DNA of 64,000 nt, taken from positions 2,530,588 to 2,594,587 of the forward strand of contig OZ219790.1 of the NCBI GenBank assembly GCA_964291215.2, read 5' to 3'. Below, in pieces: positions 50,725 through 60,364 of this stretch. The stretch is from Alphaproteobacteria bacterium. GTDB lineage: Bacteria > Pseudomonadota > Alphaproteobacteria > MPNO01 > UBA830. Position numbers and translations under genes: made by a program. Position 1 is the first letter of the stretch. Each line of letters starts with the position of its first letter. The notes under the pieces were generated by a model that worked only from the letters and a program-made list of their open reading frames with translations, was not told where the DNA came from and did no database searches.

Positions 50725-51851
50725 CGGGAGGTCTCCGCGCCCGCGCCGCGCGCCGCGAACAGCCGCCACGGCCAGAATCGCGCCGCGGGCTCTCCGTCAA
50801 GGCGGACAACAAGGCGGCCGCCGTTCCATCGCCAGCTGCCGCCTGGCCCGGCCTGGTCGGGGCCCGTGGCGCTGACGCGGCCGCCACCCGCCACCGCTGC
50901 GTCCATTGCCGCCATCGCCGGATGGCGCCGTCCCGTGGGCCAGAGCGGCAGGGGATCGCCGATGCGGTAGTACGCCGGAGCGGCTCCACCGTTCCAGCGT
51001 ATCGCGATGGCATCGCCTTTCGGCGATGCCTCGAGCCGTCCGCTCGCGATGAGCTTGTCGTCTCCGCCGAGCCGCCAGACCTCATCGCCGTCGCGCCCGA
51101 GCACCGGCGCGAGGCGGTGGCCGGAAAGCGTCTCCAGGATTCGGCCGTCATTTTGGACAAGGAACGCTGCGATTTCCGCGGCGATGACCGCGGGATCGCG
51201 GCCGGCCATCCCCAGCCGGCCCGGCGGGCGGTGTTCCGATCCGGGAACGGTACGGAGCGCCGCCGCGGGATCCTCGGCGCGGAGGCGGCCGATCCGGAGG
51301 GAAACCTGCCGGGCGTTGAGCGCGAGGGCGCCGGGGGCGCCGAGATCCGGACAGGCCCGGGCCAGCGCGCGCGGCCAGCTTTCCTGGACCCAGCCGCGGG
51401 CGGAGACGGACCAGCGCCCGGCCTCGCGCTGCCAGGACTCGGTGTGAAGCCGGCCCGAGCCCGGCTCGTAGAAGATCGGCGTGCCGGCGCCTCGGGAGTC
51501 CGCGCCCGGCGTCGGCGCGGAAAGGCGCCGGGCAAGCACCGTCCGGTGCGCCCGCGACGGCGTCATCGCCCAGGCACCGGTCACGGTCTGGTGGATGCCG
51601 TCGGCGAAGACGCAGCCCCGGGGGCTTCCGTCGCCTGCATGGTGGAAACCGGAGACCATGCCGCTGCCCGCGCCGTGCGGGCGTTCGAGGATCCAGGCGC
51701 GTCCGATCCCGAGGCGTGCGAAAAAGGCGACGTCATGCGAGCTGTAGTCGGGTTGCGCCTGCCCGTCCGCAGCCGCGCCGACGAGCGGTGCGGCGGCGGA
51801 TACCGCCAGCATCCCGGCGGCCCGGCATCCGGCTCTCTGCCGCGCCGTCAT
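50721..51851 (-). CDS. Secreted hypothetical protein in pil operon
   Basis: 376 aa with signal peptide; overlaps both neighbours. Confidence 0.6.
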   Translation of the reverse strand: MTARQRAGCRAAGMLAVSAAAPLVGAAADGQAQPDYSSHDVAFFARLGIGRAWILERPHGAGSGMVSGFHHAGDGSPRGCVFADGIHQTVTGAWAMTPSRAHRTVLARRLSAPTPGADSRGAGTPIFYEPGSGRLHTESWQREAGRWSVSARGWVQESWPRALARACPDLGAPGALALNARQVSLRIGRLRAEDPAAALRTVPGSEHRPPGRLGMAGRDPAVIAAEIAAFLVQNDGRILETLSGHRLAPVLGRDGDEVWRLGGDDKLIASGRLEASPKGDAIAIRWNGGAAPAYYRIGDPLPLWPTGRRHPAMAAMDAAVAGGGRVSATGPDQAGPGGSWRWNGGRLVVRLDGEPAARFWPWRLFAARGAGAETSR

Positions 51852-53566
51852 TTACGGTCTCCGCGTGGAATGCCGGGACCTTTCTGCCGCATTCCGGCAT
51901 CCGCGGAATCGAGCCAGCGCGCGGTCAGCCCGGCGACGAGTTCGACATAGATGGCGCAGGCATGCGCGTCGCGGCCGTCGCGGATTGCGGCGGCCGCCGC
52001 GTCGATCCGGGAACCGATCCATTTCCATTCCGCGCCGTCGGGCCCGATGGCGGCCACGATCCGCGGCGCGATGTCGTAATACTGGCGCACGAGGCGGCGG
52101 CGTTCCGGCGTTCGCGCCATGTACCCGTCGCGAAAACCGCGGAGCGCGGTCAGCGTCGGCCCGTCATCGCCTTCCGTGCCCCGCCTGTCGACGATCGCGG
52201 TGGTCAGGAAGCATCCACCGTCGCCACCATCATCACCATCGTCGCCCTCGCCAGGTTCCCCCGAGCCGTCCGTGGCCTCGTCTTCGTCCCCATGGTCCAT
52301 GCCGTCTTCTCCGTGATCGCCGCCGTCCTCTCCGCCGCCGGGATCTCCGGGATCGGCATCGGTATCGTGATCGTCGGTGTCGTCGCCGCCGCTGTCCGGA
52401 CCGTCATCCCTGCCGTCGTCGTTTTCGTCCTGTTCGTCGGCGGGCTTCCCGGGATCGGTATTGTCGGCCGGCGGCGGAATCGGTACACAGCCGGTGTCGT
52501 CGACGGTCCAGCCGCCCGCCGATACCCGTATCGTGGGCGAGTCGTCCCACGGCCACAGGGTCGAGCGGGTGGTTACCGTCCGCAACAGCTCCTGCCGGCC
52601 AGTGTGTCTTGCCGGGCAGGGCCGGGACGCGGTCTCTTGGCGGTTATTCTCGGTGACCACCGGGACGGGCGTCTCCGGAACCGTCCCGATCCAGCAGCTG
52701 CTCGAGACGAATTCGGGCACGCCCATGGTCGTGCCGTCCGCGGAGACAGTCTTCAGCCTGCGCCATACCTCCTGGCCGGTCATCTCGCGGTCGTGTGGCG
52801 GGCCCTGCCGCCACCGGCAGGCAAGCGTGTAGTGCTCCCATTCGGAATAGTCAGCGCGGCAGTCGTCGACGAGGATCCGCCACGGCCCGTGCACCGGCCC
52901 GCCCACCGGATTGCCGCGTCCGTCATGCTCGCGCCGGACGGTGCGGGTCATGATCCGTTCGGCGCCGTGCCGGCCGGGAGGGCAGGGGGCCGCGCGCTCC
53001 TCGTGGTCGGTGCGCGCGTGGATGTCGAGAAACGGGTCCGGCACCGGCCCGGCGAGGGCGGCTCGCCCGGTGGGAAGCGGGCTTCCGAAGTGCGGTCGCG
53101 ACAGGCAGGCCGGCAGCGTGACGGTGGCGCGGCCAATGGTCCCCCGCGCGCGGCCGGCCTCAAGCCAGTGGAGGCCGGCAAGGCGATTGCTGCCGCCATC
53201 TGCAGCGAAGAGATGGGGCGCGGCCTGGACCGCGCGATGGTCGCGTCCCACCCCCTTGAGTTCCGCCGGACCGAGATACACGAGAAGCGTGTCGTCGCAA
53301 TAGCGCGCCTCGACGCCGCGCAGCGTCCACGACTGGAGCCAGCCGGTCACGGCTGGCGGGATGGCACCGGACCACGAGATGGCGGCGGTCGATTCGGTCA
53401 GGATGTGCGTCTCGAGGCGCCGGTAGGCGGCGATGACCGCTCTGGCATGGGCCAACGCCTCGATCTCGTCGATGCCTGTTCTTGCGCTCGAGGCCTCGGG
53501 CATGGCGGCGGCGGCGAGGGCGAGGAGCGCCGGGCGGCGCCTACCGGTCTTGCGTCGTCGGGGCAT
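51848..53566 (-). CDS. Secreted protein with Cys modules, acidic linker and CFI-box-CTERM-like domain
   Basis: Signal peptide; CP..H.G..RTV modules; D/G-rich linker; GCFLTTA..LTALRGFRD..LVRQYYDIAPRIV. Confidence 0.7.
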   Translation of the reverse strand: MPRRRKTGRRRPALLALAAAAMPEASSARTGIDEIEALAHARAVIAAYRRLETHILTESTAAISWSGAIPPAVTGWLQSWTLRGVEARYCDDTLLVYLGPAELKGVGRDHRAVQAAPHLFAADGGSNRLAGLHWLEAGRARGTIGRATVTLPACLSRPHFGSPLPTGRAALAGPVPDPFLDIHARTDHEERAAPCPPGRHGAERIMTRTVRREHDGRGNPVGGPVHGPWRILVDDCRADYSEWEHYTLACRWRQGPPHDREMTGQEVWRRLKTVSADGTTMGVPEFVSSSCWIGTVPETPVPVVTENNRQETASRPCPARHTGRQELLRTVTTRSTLWPWDDSPTIRVSAGGWTVDDTGCVPIPPPADNTDPGKPADEQDENDDGRDDGPDSGGDDTDDHDTDADPGDPGGGEDGGDHGEDGMDHGDEDEATDGSGEPGEGDDGDDGGDGGCFLTTAIVDRRGTEGDDGPTLTALRGFRDGYMARTPERRRLVRQYYDIAPRIVAAIGPDGAEWKWIGSRIDAAAAAIRDGRDAHACAIYVELVAGLTARWLDSADAGMRQKGPGIPRGDRK

Positions 53567-54812
53567 TGGCGGATCTCCTTGCAAGCGTCTCGAATTGGGG
53601 GCGCGGCATCGCCGCGGGGGTAGCGGGCCGCGCCGTGAGGTGCCAATGACCTTCACCGGGGCGGAAGATGCGCGTGATCTCGAGATCGGGGATGTCGGCG
53701 GCCAGCCTGGCGATCTCCTTGAGAGGACGGGCCGTGGCGATGGCGACGATCCCGGCCGCGCCGCTGCTGCCGGACGCTTCCTGCCGCGCGATCTGGGCAC
53801 CGCGGACGCCGAAGCCGCGGTCGACATCGCGGCGGAAGGCGATCGCGGAGCGCGCGGGCCGCCGCCAGGCGCGGAGCACCGGGGCCAGGGGAGTCACCGC
53901 CCAGGCGCGGTCGCCGGCGACCGAGGCGGCGTACCAGCGTGACAGGTGCCGTTCGGCGATCCGGCGGTGCAGCGGCTCGGAAAACCCGGACTCGAGCCGC
54001 CACCGTACGAGCAGCACGGCGCGGCCCGCGAGTTCCGGCCGCACCGCGATCAGGGCCTGCTCGGCGAAGCGCCCGTCGCAGGAGACGAGACTGGTGCGCC
54101 AGGCCGGCAGGTAGGGCGGCCGGCGAATAAGCGCCTGCCGGCACGCCGCGATCAGGGCGGCGCTGTCGATTGCCACCGGAACCGACGGCTCCGGCACCAC
54201 GGGCAGCTCGACGGTCGGTGCCGCACCCGCAACCAGCGCGAGGAGTGCGTTGCGGTTCTGCCACGCAGCGATCGCGGCGCCGGCTGCGGCGGCGAGGCAC
54301 AGGGCGGCAGCGGCATGGCGGCGGTGCAGACGGGCAAACGGCACCGGGGCGAGCAGCATGGAGTTCCGGACGCCGATTGCTGCCGGATCGATGGCATAGA
54401 CCCGCTCGGGGCAGGCGGTTTCGGCGCAGAGGTCCGGGCTGGCATGGAGCGTCCATCCGATGTCGCGCGCCCGATCGAAGGCAGCGAGCGCGTCGGCACG
54501 GTCCGCGAAGAGTTCGTCGCCGTCGGCGAGCACAGCGCCGTCCCGGACCCTGATCAGCGCGATCCGTCCATCGTCGCCTTCCATCAGCGCCATCCAGAAA
54601 TCCGAGCCGATGTGCGCCTGGAGGGCTGCGGCGAGGCTTGGCGTGTCGACGGGGTCGCCGCCGGCATCCGCATAGCCGGTCTGCGCCTCGAGATTGACGA
54701 AGAACGGCCGAGAAAACCTGCGGGCGTTGCGGACGAGCCGCGCCCCGCCGGCTCGTTCGAGCCAGTAGAGGCCGGCCGCGAACCGACGCCCGCCCATGGT
54801 GACGATGCTCAA
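53541..54812 (-). CDS. pilO: Type IVb pilus accessory protein PilO-like
   Basis: GRRFAAGLYW..PSLAAAL..RDGAVLADGD; central TM; directly after the secretin. Confidence 0.65.
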   Translation of the reverse strand: MSIVTMGGRRFAAGLYWLERAGGARLVRNARRFSRPFFVNLEAQTGYADAGGDPVDTPSLAAALQAHIGSDFWMALMEGDDGRIALIRVRDGAVLADGDELFADRADALAAFDRARDIGWTLHASPDLCAETACPERVYAIDPAAIGVRNSMLLAPVPFARLHRRHAAAALCLAAAAGAAIAAWQNRNALLALVAGAAPTVELPVVPEPSVPVAIDSAALIAACRQALIRRPPYLPAWRTSLVSCDGRFAEQALIAVRPELAGRAVLLVRWRLESGFSEPLHRRIAERHLSRWYAASVAGDRAWAVTPLAPVLRAWRRPARSAIAFRRDVDRGFGVRGAQIARQEASGSSGAAGIVAIATARPLKEIARLAADIPDLEITRIFRPGEGHWHLTARPATPAAMPRPQFETLARRSANAPTTQDR

Positions 54813-56398
54813 AACTCCGCTCCGCGCGCTTCCGTGACGCCGAGCGGCGCGCCGACCTCGGCCGTGATCAGGAGGAGCTGCTCGGTGCGCGCCGTCGCAG
54901 CCCTCCGATGGCCCTCGGGAAACGGCACCGCCGGATCGAAGGTGCCGCCCTGGTCCGATGCCGCGCTGCGGTCGCTGAACCCGGTGACGACCAGGGTCTC
55001 TCCGCGCCCGATCTTCTGCGTGACCTGGATGGCCCGGCTGCCGAAGGCCGGAAGCTGAATGGTCTGGCGGTCGGACGTGAAGGTGGCGAAGGCGGGGCGA
55101 TCCCGGAGGCTGGCGAACAGGCGCACGAGGATCTCGTCCGGCCCGGTGACGCGGGGCAGGTAGCTCATCGCGAACCCCGACGACACGGTGCCGGGGACGA
55201 GCTGGGTCTGGGCGTGTCCGTCGCTGATGGTGGTGCGATGCTCCTTGAGATAGGCTTGGTTCACCAGTTCGAAAAACTGCGCGGGCTTGCCGTTGAGGCT
55301 GGGCACGTCGGCGCTGAGGACGCGCGACACCGTGCCGGCCTTCTGCAGCGCATGGATCGTGGCTGCGAGGGTGTCGTCGCTGCCGGCGGCCTCCGGTCGG
55401 ACAATCGCGATCGCGCTGTCGGCGACCTTGAGCGCGGCCGAGGTGCCGAACAGCCGCGGGATCGAGAACCGGAGCCCTAGCCCGTAGTCGCTGTTGCGGT
55501 CGAGGCGCACCGCGTAGACATGGACCGACAGGGTTACCGGGCGCAGAACCTCGCGGTTGAGATAGCCGAGATAGCGGCGTACGCGGCCGATGTCGCGGGC
55601 GGGGCCGCTGACCATTACCGACGCGCTTGACGGCGCTACCGAAACCGTGGTGCCGGGGCCGGCAAGCGCCTTCAGCTGCTCCCGGATCTCGGGCCACGGG
55701 TCGTAGGTCATGCTGGAGGTGATCGACTGCTGGGTGAGGTTGTCCGATCCGTCCTTGCCCTCGCGCCCCTGCGTCGACGAGGAAACGCGGTATTCCTGTT
55801 CGCCGGCCAGCGCATGGATGCGGAAGACCGCCGATCCCGAACGGGCGATGTCGATGCGCTCGCCGCCGCCGTCGTAACGCCACTCGTAGCCGGCGGCGGC
55901 GGTCCAGGCGTCGAGAAGCCGGTCGAGGGGTCCCGTCCAGACACCCTGCGCGGGCCGGAGCCGGTCGCCAGCGGCGAAGATGTTCTCGATCGCGGTCGGG
56001 TCGGCCGCCGCGGGCCCCGCAAACCGGATGGCAAGGCCCGTTGCGGCCTCGATCCGTGCCGCGAGAGTTGCGTCGTCATCGGCCCCGGCGACCGGCACGG
56101 TCACCGCGTCGGCACGCCGCCAATTTTCCGGAAGCCTGCCCGCGTCTTCGTCCGCGAGCGGCTTCACGCCGAGATAGGGGCGGTCACTGATCCGTACCGT
56201 CGTGAGCCGGGGCTCCGCCGCCCCCTTGTGCAGGGTCGGCATGGTCTCCGCGATGTCATCGGCGCGGGTCCGGGCACGGTCGAGATCGCCGGAGGCGCAG
56301 CCGCCAGCCGTCGCGAGGAGGAAGAATGGAAAGATGGCGAAATACGGCCGCGTACCGGTCCGGCCCCGGCGGTCATCACGACCGGCGCGCCGCTGCAT
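54809..56398 (-). CDS. pilN: Type IVb pilus lipoprotein secretin (PilN/BfpB family)
   Basis: Lipobox AGGC; WTGPLDRLLD; ALQKAGTVS..SLNGKP..YL..PGTVSSGF..IQLP..GETLVVTGF; start approximate. Confidence 0.85.
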   Translation of the reverse strand: MQRRAGRDDRRGRTGTRPYFAIFPFFLLATAGGCASGDLDRARTRADDIAETMPTLHKGAAEPRLTTVRISDRPYLGVKPLADEDAGRLPENWRRADAVTVPVAGADDDATLAARIEAATGLAIRFAGPAAADPTAIENIFAAGDRLRPAQGVWTGPLDRLLDAWTAAAGYEWRYDGGGERIDIARSGSAVFRIHALAGEQEYRVSSSTQGREGKDGSDNLTQQSITSSMTYDPWPEIREQLKALAGPGTTVSVAPSSASVMVSGPARDIGRVRRYLGYLNREVLRPVTLSVHVYAVRLDRNSDYGLGLRFSIPRLFGTSAALKVADSAIAIVRPEAAGSDDTLAATIHALQKAGTVSRVLSADVPSLNGKPAQFFELVNQAYLKEHRTTISDGHAQTQLVPGTVSSGFAMSYLPRVTGPDEILVRLFASLRDRPAFATFTSDRQTIQLPAFGSRAIQVTQKIGRGETLVVTGFSDRSAASDQGGTFDPAVPFPEGHRRAATARTEQLLLITAEVGAPLGVTEARGAEF

Positions 56399-56406
56399 TG
56401 CGGCCT

Positions 56407-56880
56407 TCAATGGACCAGTTCCGTCAGCGCCGGCAGCGTCAGTGCCCGCGTCAACGGCCGGCATCGCGGCGCGGCGCTCTCCGCAAGAAGCCGGCCGACA
56501 GTCTCGCGCTCGGCCCGGCTCGAATGGCGCGCCATCCACAGGCGCACATCGTCCGCGGTCTTGAGGCGGATCGAGAGGCCGCGCCGCATCCGGCTGACGA
56601 ATGCCGTATTACCGGTAGTCTCGATGCCGAGAATGCTGGGTTTGATCCGGGTGACGGAGAGGAAAAGCAGGATCTCGCGGAGGAAGACCGGGCTGATGGG
56701 CTGATAGGACATGAATGCGAGGACGCGGTCGGTGGTTCTGAGTCGTGGCGACCGTCCGCGCTTGAGCGACGACAGGAAACCGGGGTCATGGAGCGCCTGT
56801 TGTCCGAAGCGTCGCGGGCTGATCCCGTGGTCGGCGATGAAGCCGTAGATGGCAGCGGTAAAGGTTTTTGAATAGCTCAT
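56407..56880 (-). CDS. Tandem-duplicated XRE/Cro-like HTH protein
   Basis: Two repeats: GISPRRFGQQALHDPGFLSSLKRGRSPRLRTTDRV and RIKPSILGIETTGNTAFVSRMRRGLSIRLKTADDV. Confidence 0.7.
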   Translation of the reverse strand: MSYSKTFTAAIYGFIADHGISPRRFGQQALHDPGFLSSLKRGRSPRLRTTDRVLAFMSYQPISPVFLREILLFLSVTRIKPSILGIETTGNTAFVSRMRRGLSIRLKTADDVRLWMARHSSRAERETVGRLLAESAAPRCRPLTRALTLPALTELVH

Positions 56881-56890
56881 AATAGAAAAA

Positions 56891-56905
56891 GAACATATAG
56901 AGAAC
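56891..56905 (-). promoter_or_regulatory. Alphaproteobacterial LexA (SOS) box GTTC-N7-GTTC
   Basis: GAAC-ATATAGA-GAAC on + strand, 10 bp upstream of ATG 56880 in an AT-rich promoter. Confidence 0.7.
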
Positions 56906-57163
56906 ATTTGTGCTGGACAAACCCTTTTTCACGCAGACTTCCTGCACCGGCCGGCAGGCATGGACAGCCATCGCCAGCCGCGGATCGCGTCGTGTCCTTG
57001 CGGATGGACGAAGACTCGCGTGGCCTCTGGTCTGCTCTTCGATGTTGGATATCGCCTGTTCCGAAGCCGCTGGCACCCGAGACGATCGTCACGCCAGGCA
57101 GGCCGCTCGGCTCTGCTACGCTCCGCCGAACGGCCTGCCTGGCGGAGAAATCCTCAATGCGCC

Positions 57164-58484
57164 GTAACTGCTCACCCCCTGGTTCCGGCTTGATGTCGGG
57201 GTAGAGTAACGAACGGGTTTTCGTGGAGATTTGACACTGCAGGCCGATTCGTTTAGTGGTGGTCATCGAGAACGACGGGGACCGCCAGTGGGCTACTTTG
57301 GATCGAAGGCGACGAGCGGGCTGTGCCAGCTGCTTCCGGGGCTCCAGCCCCCGCATGATCTGTATGTGGAAACGCATCTCGGAAGCAACGCGCTGATGAA
57401 GCGCAAGGCCGAGCGGCGGAGTACCGGAAGATGCCGCCGGGCGAGCGCCAGGCGATGCTCGCAACGATCATGACCGTCGAGGCCGGGTGATGGCGACGGG
57501 CGGCGCGCGAGGAGTTCGAAGCGGCCAGGACCGCGGCGCTGCCGGCAAGGTGGCGGAAGAGGCCGTGATCCGCGTCCTCGTCATCCTGCTCGACATCCTC
57601 ATCGTCGTCCTTCTGGAGAAGACCACGCACGAGCCGGAACTCCGGTCTGCCGCCGTCACAGACGGACAAGAGCGTGCCAGCGTGGGGTGGGGGCCGGGAG
57701 CAAGGGCCCGAAGCCGAACCGGCAGATGGGCGACAGCCTGCGCAAGACCATCGTCGAGGAGACGGTCGCGGCCTGCGACGCCTGCGGCCCCGTCGATCGG
57801 GAGCGCCGCACGACATCGTGTTCGAGGTCGCGCCGCGTCGACACCGAGGAATGCCCGAAGTGCAAGGCCCGGACCAAGGGCCGGTTCCCCGACAACATCC
57901 CGTGCAGTACGGCATCCAAGCCCTCGTCATCAACCTGCTGGTCGCCCAGATGCTGTCCCTGCGCCGTGCCGCTCGTGCAGGCGATCTCCGGCATCAAGCT
58001 CTCCGAGGCCTCGGCTATGCTTTCACGATGCGTCATGGGAGGAGGCCGCCGTGGCGCACCTCCTGCAACGCCCGATGTCGACGATTTCGGATCAACAGCA
58101 AGTGGCTCCATGTCGTGGGACCCTGACGTGCAAGTTCCCGCACCGCAAGCGCGGCCGGGAGGCAAGAGATCGGCCCGTGCTACAAGGGTGTCCTGGGCCT
58201 CGTACATGGGCCAGTGTAGCCACCAGCTGTGCGGCAGCCACCTGCTGCGCGAACTGACCTTCGTCGTCGAGGCTACCGCGCGACTGATGAAGAGCCTGCT
58301 CCGCAAGGTCTGCCACAAGATCAACAAGAGCGCATCCAAGACCCTGAACGACGCCGGGCGCAAGCGCACCATCAGGGCGCCAAGGAACTGCCCGACATCC
58401 CGACGAAAGGGAAACGCATCGCAAACGCGCACAACCTGCACGAACGTCTCGTGAAACACGAAAACCTGCGCTTCACAGACGACC
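57164..58484 (+). mobile_element. IS66 type B copy with MTase remnant, interrupted by a group II intron
   Basis: Starts GTAACTGCTCACCCC; homologous to 8235-9495. Confidence 0.85.
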
Positions 58485-58696
58485 ATCGCGGTAGGGAACC
58501 GGGTTACCCCCCGCACAGAACCGGACGTGCGCTGTTCGCATCCGGCTCCTCTTTCAGGCCCTGACGACAAGGCGCTGGCCACGGGTGGCGGATGCTGGCT
58601 TTGGGCCAGTGGGCAAGGGTGTCTATGTCCCCGGTGAAGTCCTTTTGGGAGCGTCGCCGAAGGGCACGCATGAGCAGCCGTTTGCATTGGTGTATG
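58485..58696 (-). mobile_element. Group II intron 3' remnant (maturase C-terminus, domains V-VI)
   Basis: Minus strand GAGCCGGATGCG..GCACGTCCGGTTCTGTGCGGGGG..CCCTACCGCGAT; upstream peptide LRRRSQK..IRHPWP. Confidence 0.85.
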
Positions 58697-60157
58697 GTAT
58701 CTACTCACCCCTAGTTGGGTTCTGATTGGTCGTAGTTCTCGTTGATGATGTCTGCGGCTTTTCCGTCGAGGGCGATCTGGGTTGCGACGTGATGATTGTA
58801 GCCGAGTGCGGCCATGGAGGTGAGGTAGCTTGAGCCCCGGCACCATGCTTTTGCGTGGAGCGGAAGCATCCGGACACCTTGGCCATCCTGATCTTCTATT
58901 CTCCGGCATTGTTGGTGAAGCTGACATCGGGGTCGTCTGTGAAGCGCAGGTTTTCGTGTTTCACGAGACGTTCGTGCAGGTTGTGCGCGTTTGCGATGCG
59001 TTTCCCTTTCGTCGGGATGTCGGGCAGTTCCCTGGCGCCCTGCGTGAGGATGGTGCGGTAGCGCTTGCGCCCGGCGTCGTTCAGGGTTTTGGATGCGCTC
59101 TTGTTGATCTTGTGGCAGACCTCGCGGAGCAGGCTCTTCATCAGTCGCGCGGTAGCCTCGACGACAAAGGTCAGTTCGCGCAGCAGGTGGCTACCGCTGG
59201 TGGCTACACTGGCCCATGTACGAGGCCCAGGACGCCCCTGTAGCACGGGCCGATCTCTTGCTTGCGGTGCGGGAACTTGCACGTCAGAGTCCCACGACAT
59301 GGAGCCACTTGCTGTTGATCCGAAATCGTCGACATCGGGCGTTGCAGGAGGTGCGCCACGGCGGCCTCCTCCCATGACGCATCGTGAAAGCATAGCCGAG
59401 GCCTCGGAGAGCTTGATGCCGGAGATCGCCTGCACGAGCGCGACGGCGCAGGGACAGCATCTGGGCGACCAGCAGGTTGATGACGAGGGCCTGGATGCCG
59501 TACTGCACGGGATGTTTTCGGGGAACCGGCCCTTGCACTTCGGGCATTCCTTGATCTCGGCGCGGCGCTCGACGACCTCGAACACGATGTCATGCGGCGC
59601 TCCCGATCGACGGGGCCGTCGATGTCGGCGCCGCAGGCGTCGCAGGCCGCGACCGTTTCCTCGACGATGATCTTGCGCAGGTTGTCGCCCATCTGCCGGT
59701 TCGGCTTCGGGCCGTTGCTCCCGGCACGCTCTTGTCCGTCTGTGACGGCGGCAGACCGGAGTTCCGGCTCGTGCATGGTCTTCTCCAGAAGGACGACGAT
59801 GAGGATGTCGAGCAGGATGACGAAGACGCGGATGACGGCCTCTTCCGCCACCTTGCCGGCCGCACGCAGCGCCTTGGCCGCTTCGAACTCCTCGCGCGCC
59901 GCCCGTCGCCATCACCCGGCCTTGCGCTTCATCAGCGCGCCGCCTCCGAGATGCGTTTTCACATACAGATCATGCGGAGCCCCGGAAGCAGCTGGCACAG
60001 CCCGCTCGTCGCCTTCGATCCAAAGTAGCCCACTGGCGGTCCCCGTCGTTCTCGATTACCACCACTGAACGAATCGGCCTGCAGTGTCAAATCTCCACGA
60101 AAACCCGTTCGTTGCTCTACCCCGACATCAAGCCGGAACCAGGGGGTGAGCAGTTAC
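58697..60157 (-). mobile_element. IS66 type B copy (inverted), both TIRs present
   Basis: GTATCTACTCACCCC at 58697 and GGGGTGAGCAGTTAC ending 60157; homologous to 8235-9735. Confidence 0.87.
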
Positions 60158-60364
60158 GTTGCATGAATACAACATATCTGAATAATCAGTATTCGGCGAA
60201 TTTAGTTTAGATTGTGGTGCAGGCCGCGTACGGTTAGAATGCTGGTGTTGTTCAGCTTCGGGCGGCTTCGTGCCCCGCATCACGGTCTGCTTCTAAGCGG
60301 TCCAGAGGAATATAAAACGACTTGCCCGCTAGGTTGGGGCTGGGACCGAAAGGAGAAAAGTTCG

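Noticed and set aside
40530-55883. N-terminal extensions in the ORF track (672-aa DotB, 666-aa PilQ, 780-aa PilO) as fusions
   Set aside because: The extensions overlap upstream genes out of frame; starts at stop/start overlaps give normal sizes.
57164-60157. Composite transposon formed by the inverted IS66 pair
   Set aside because: The only cargo is an intron remnant, the left copy lacks its right end, and there is no flanking TSD.
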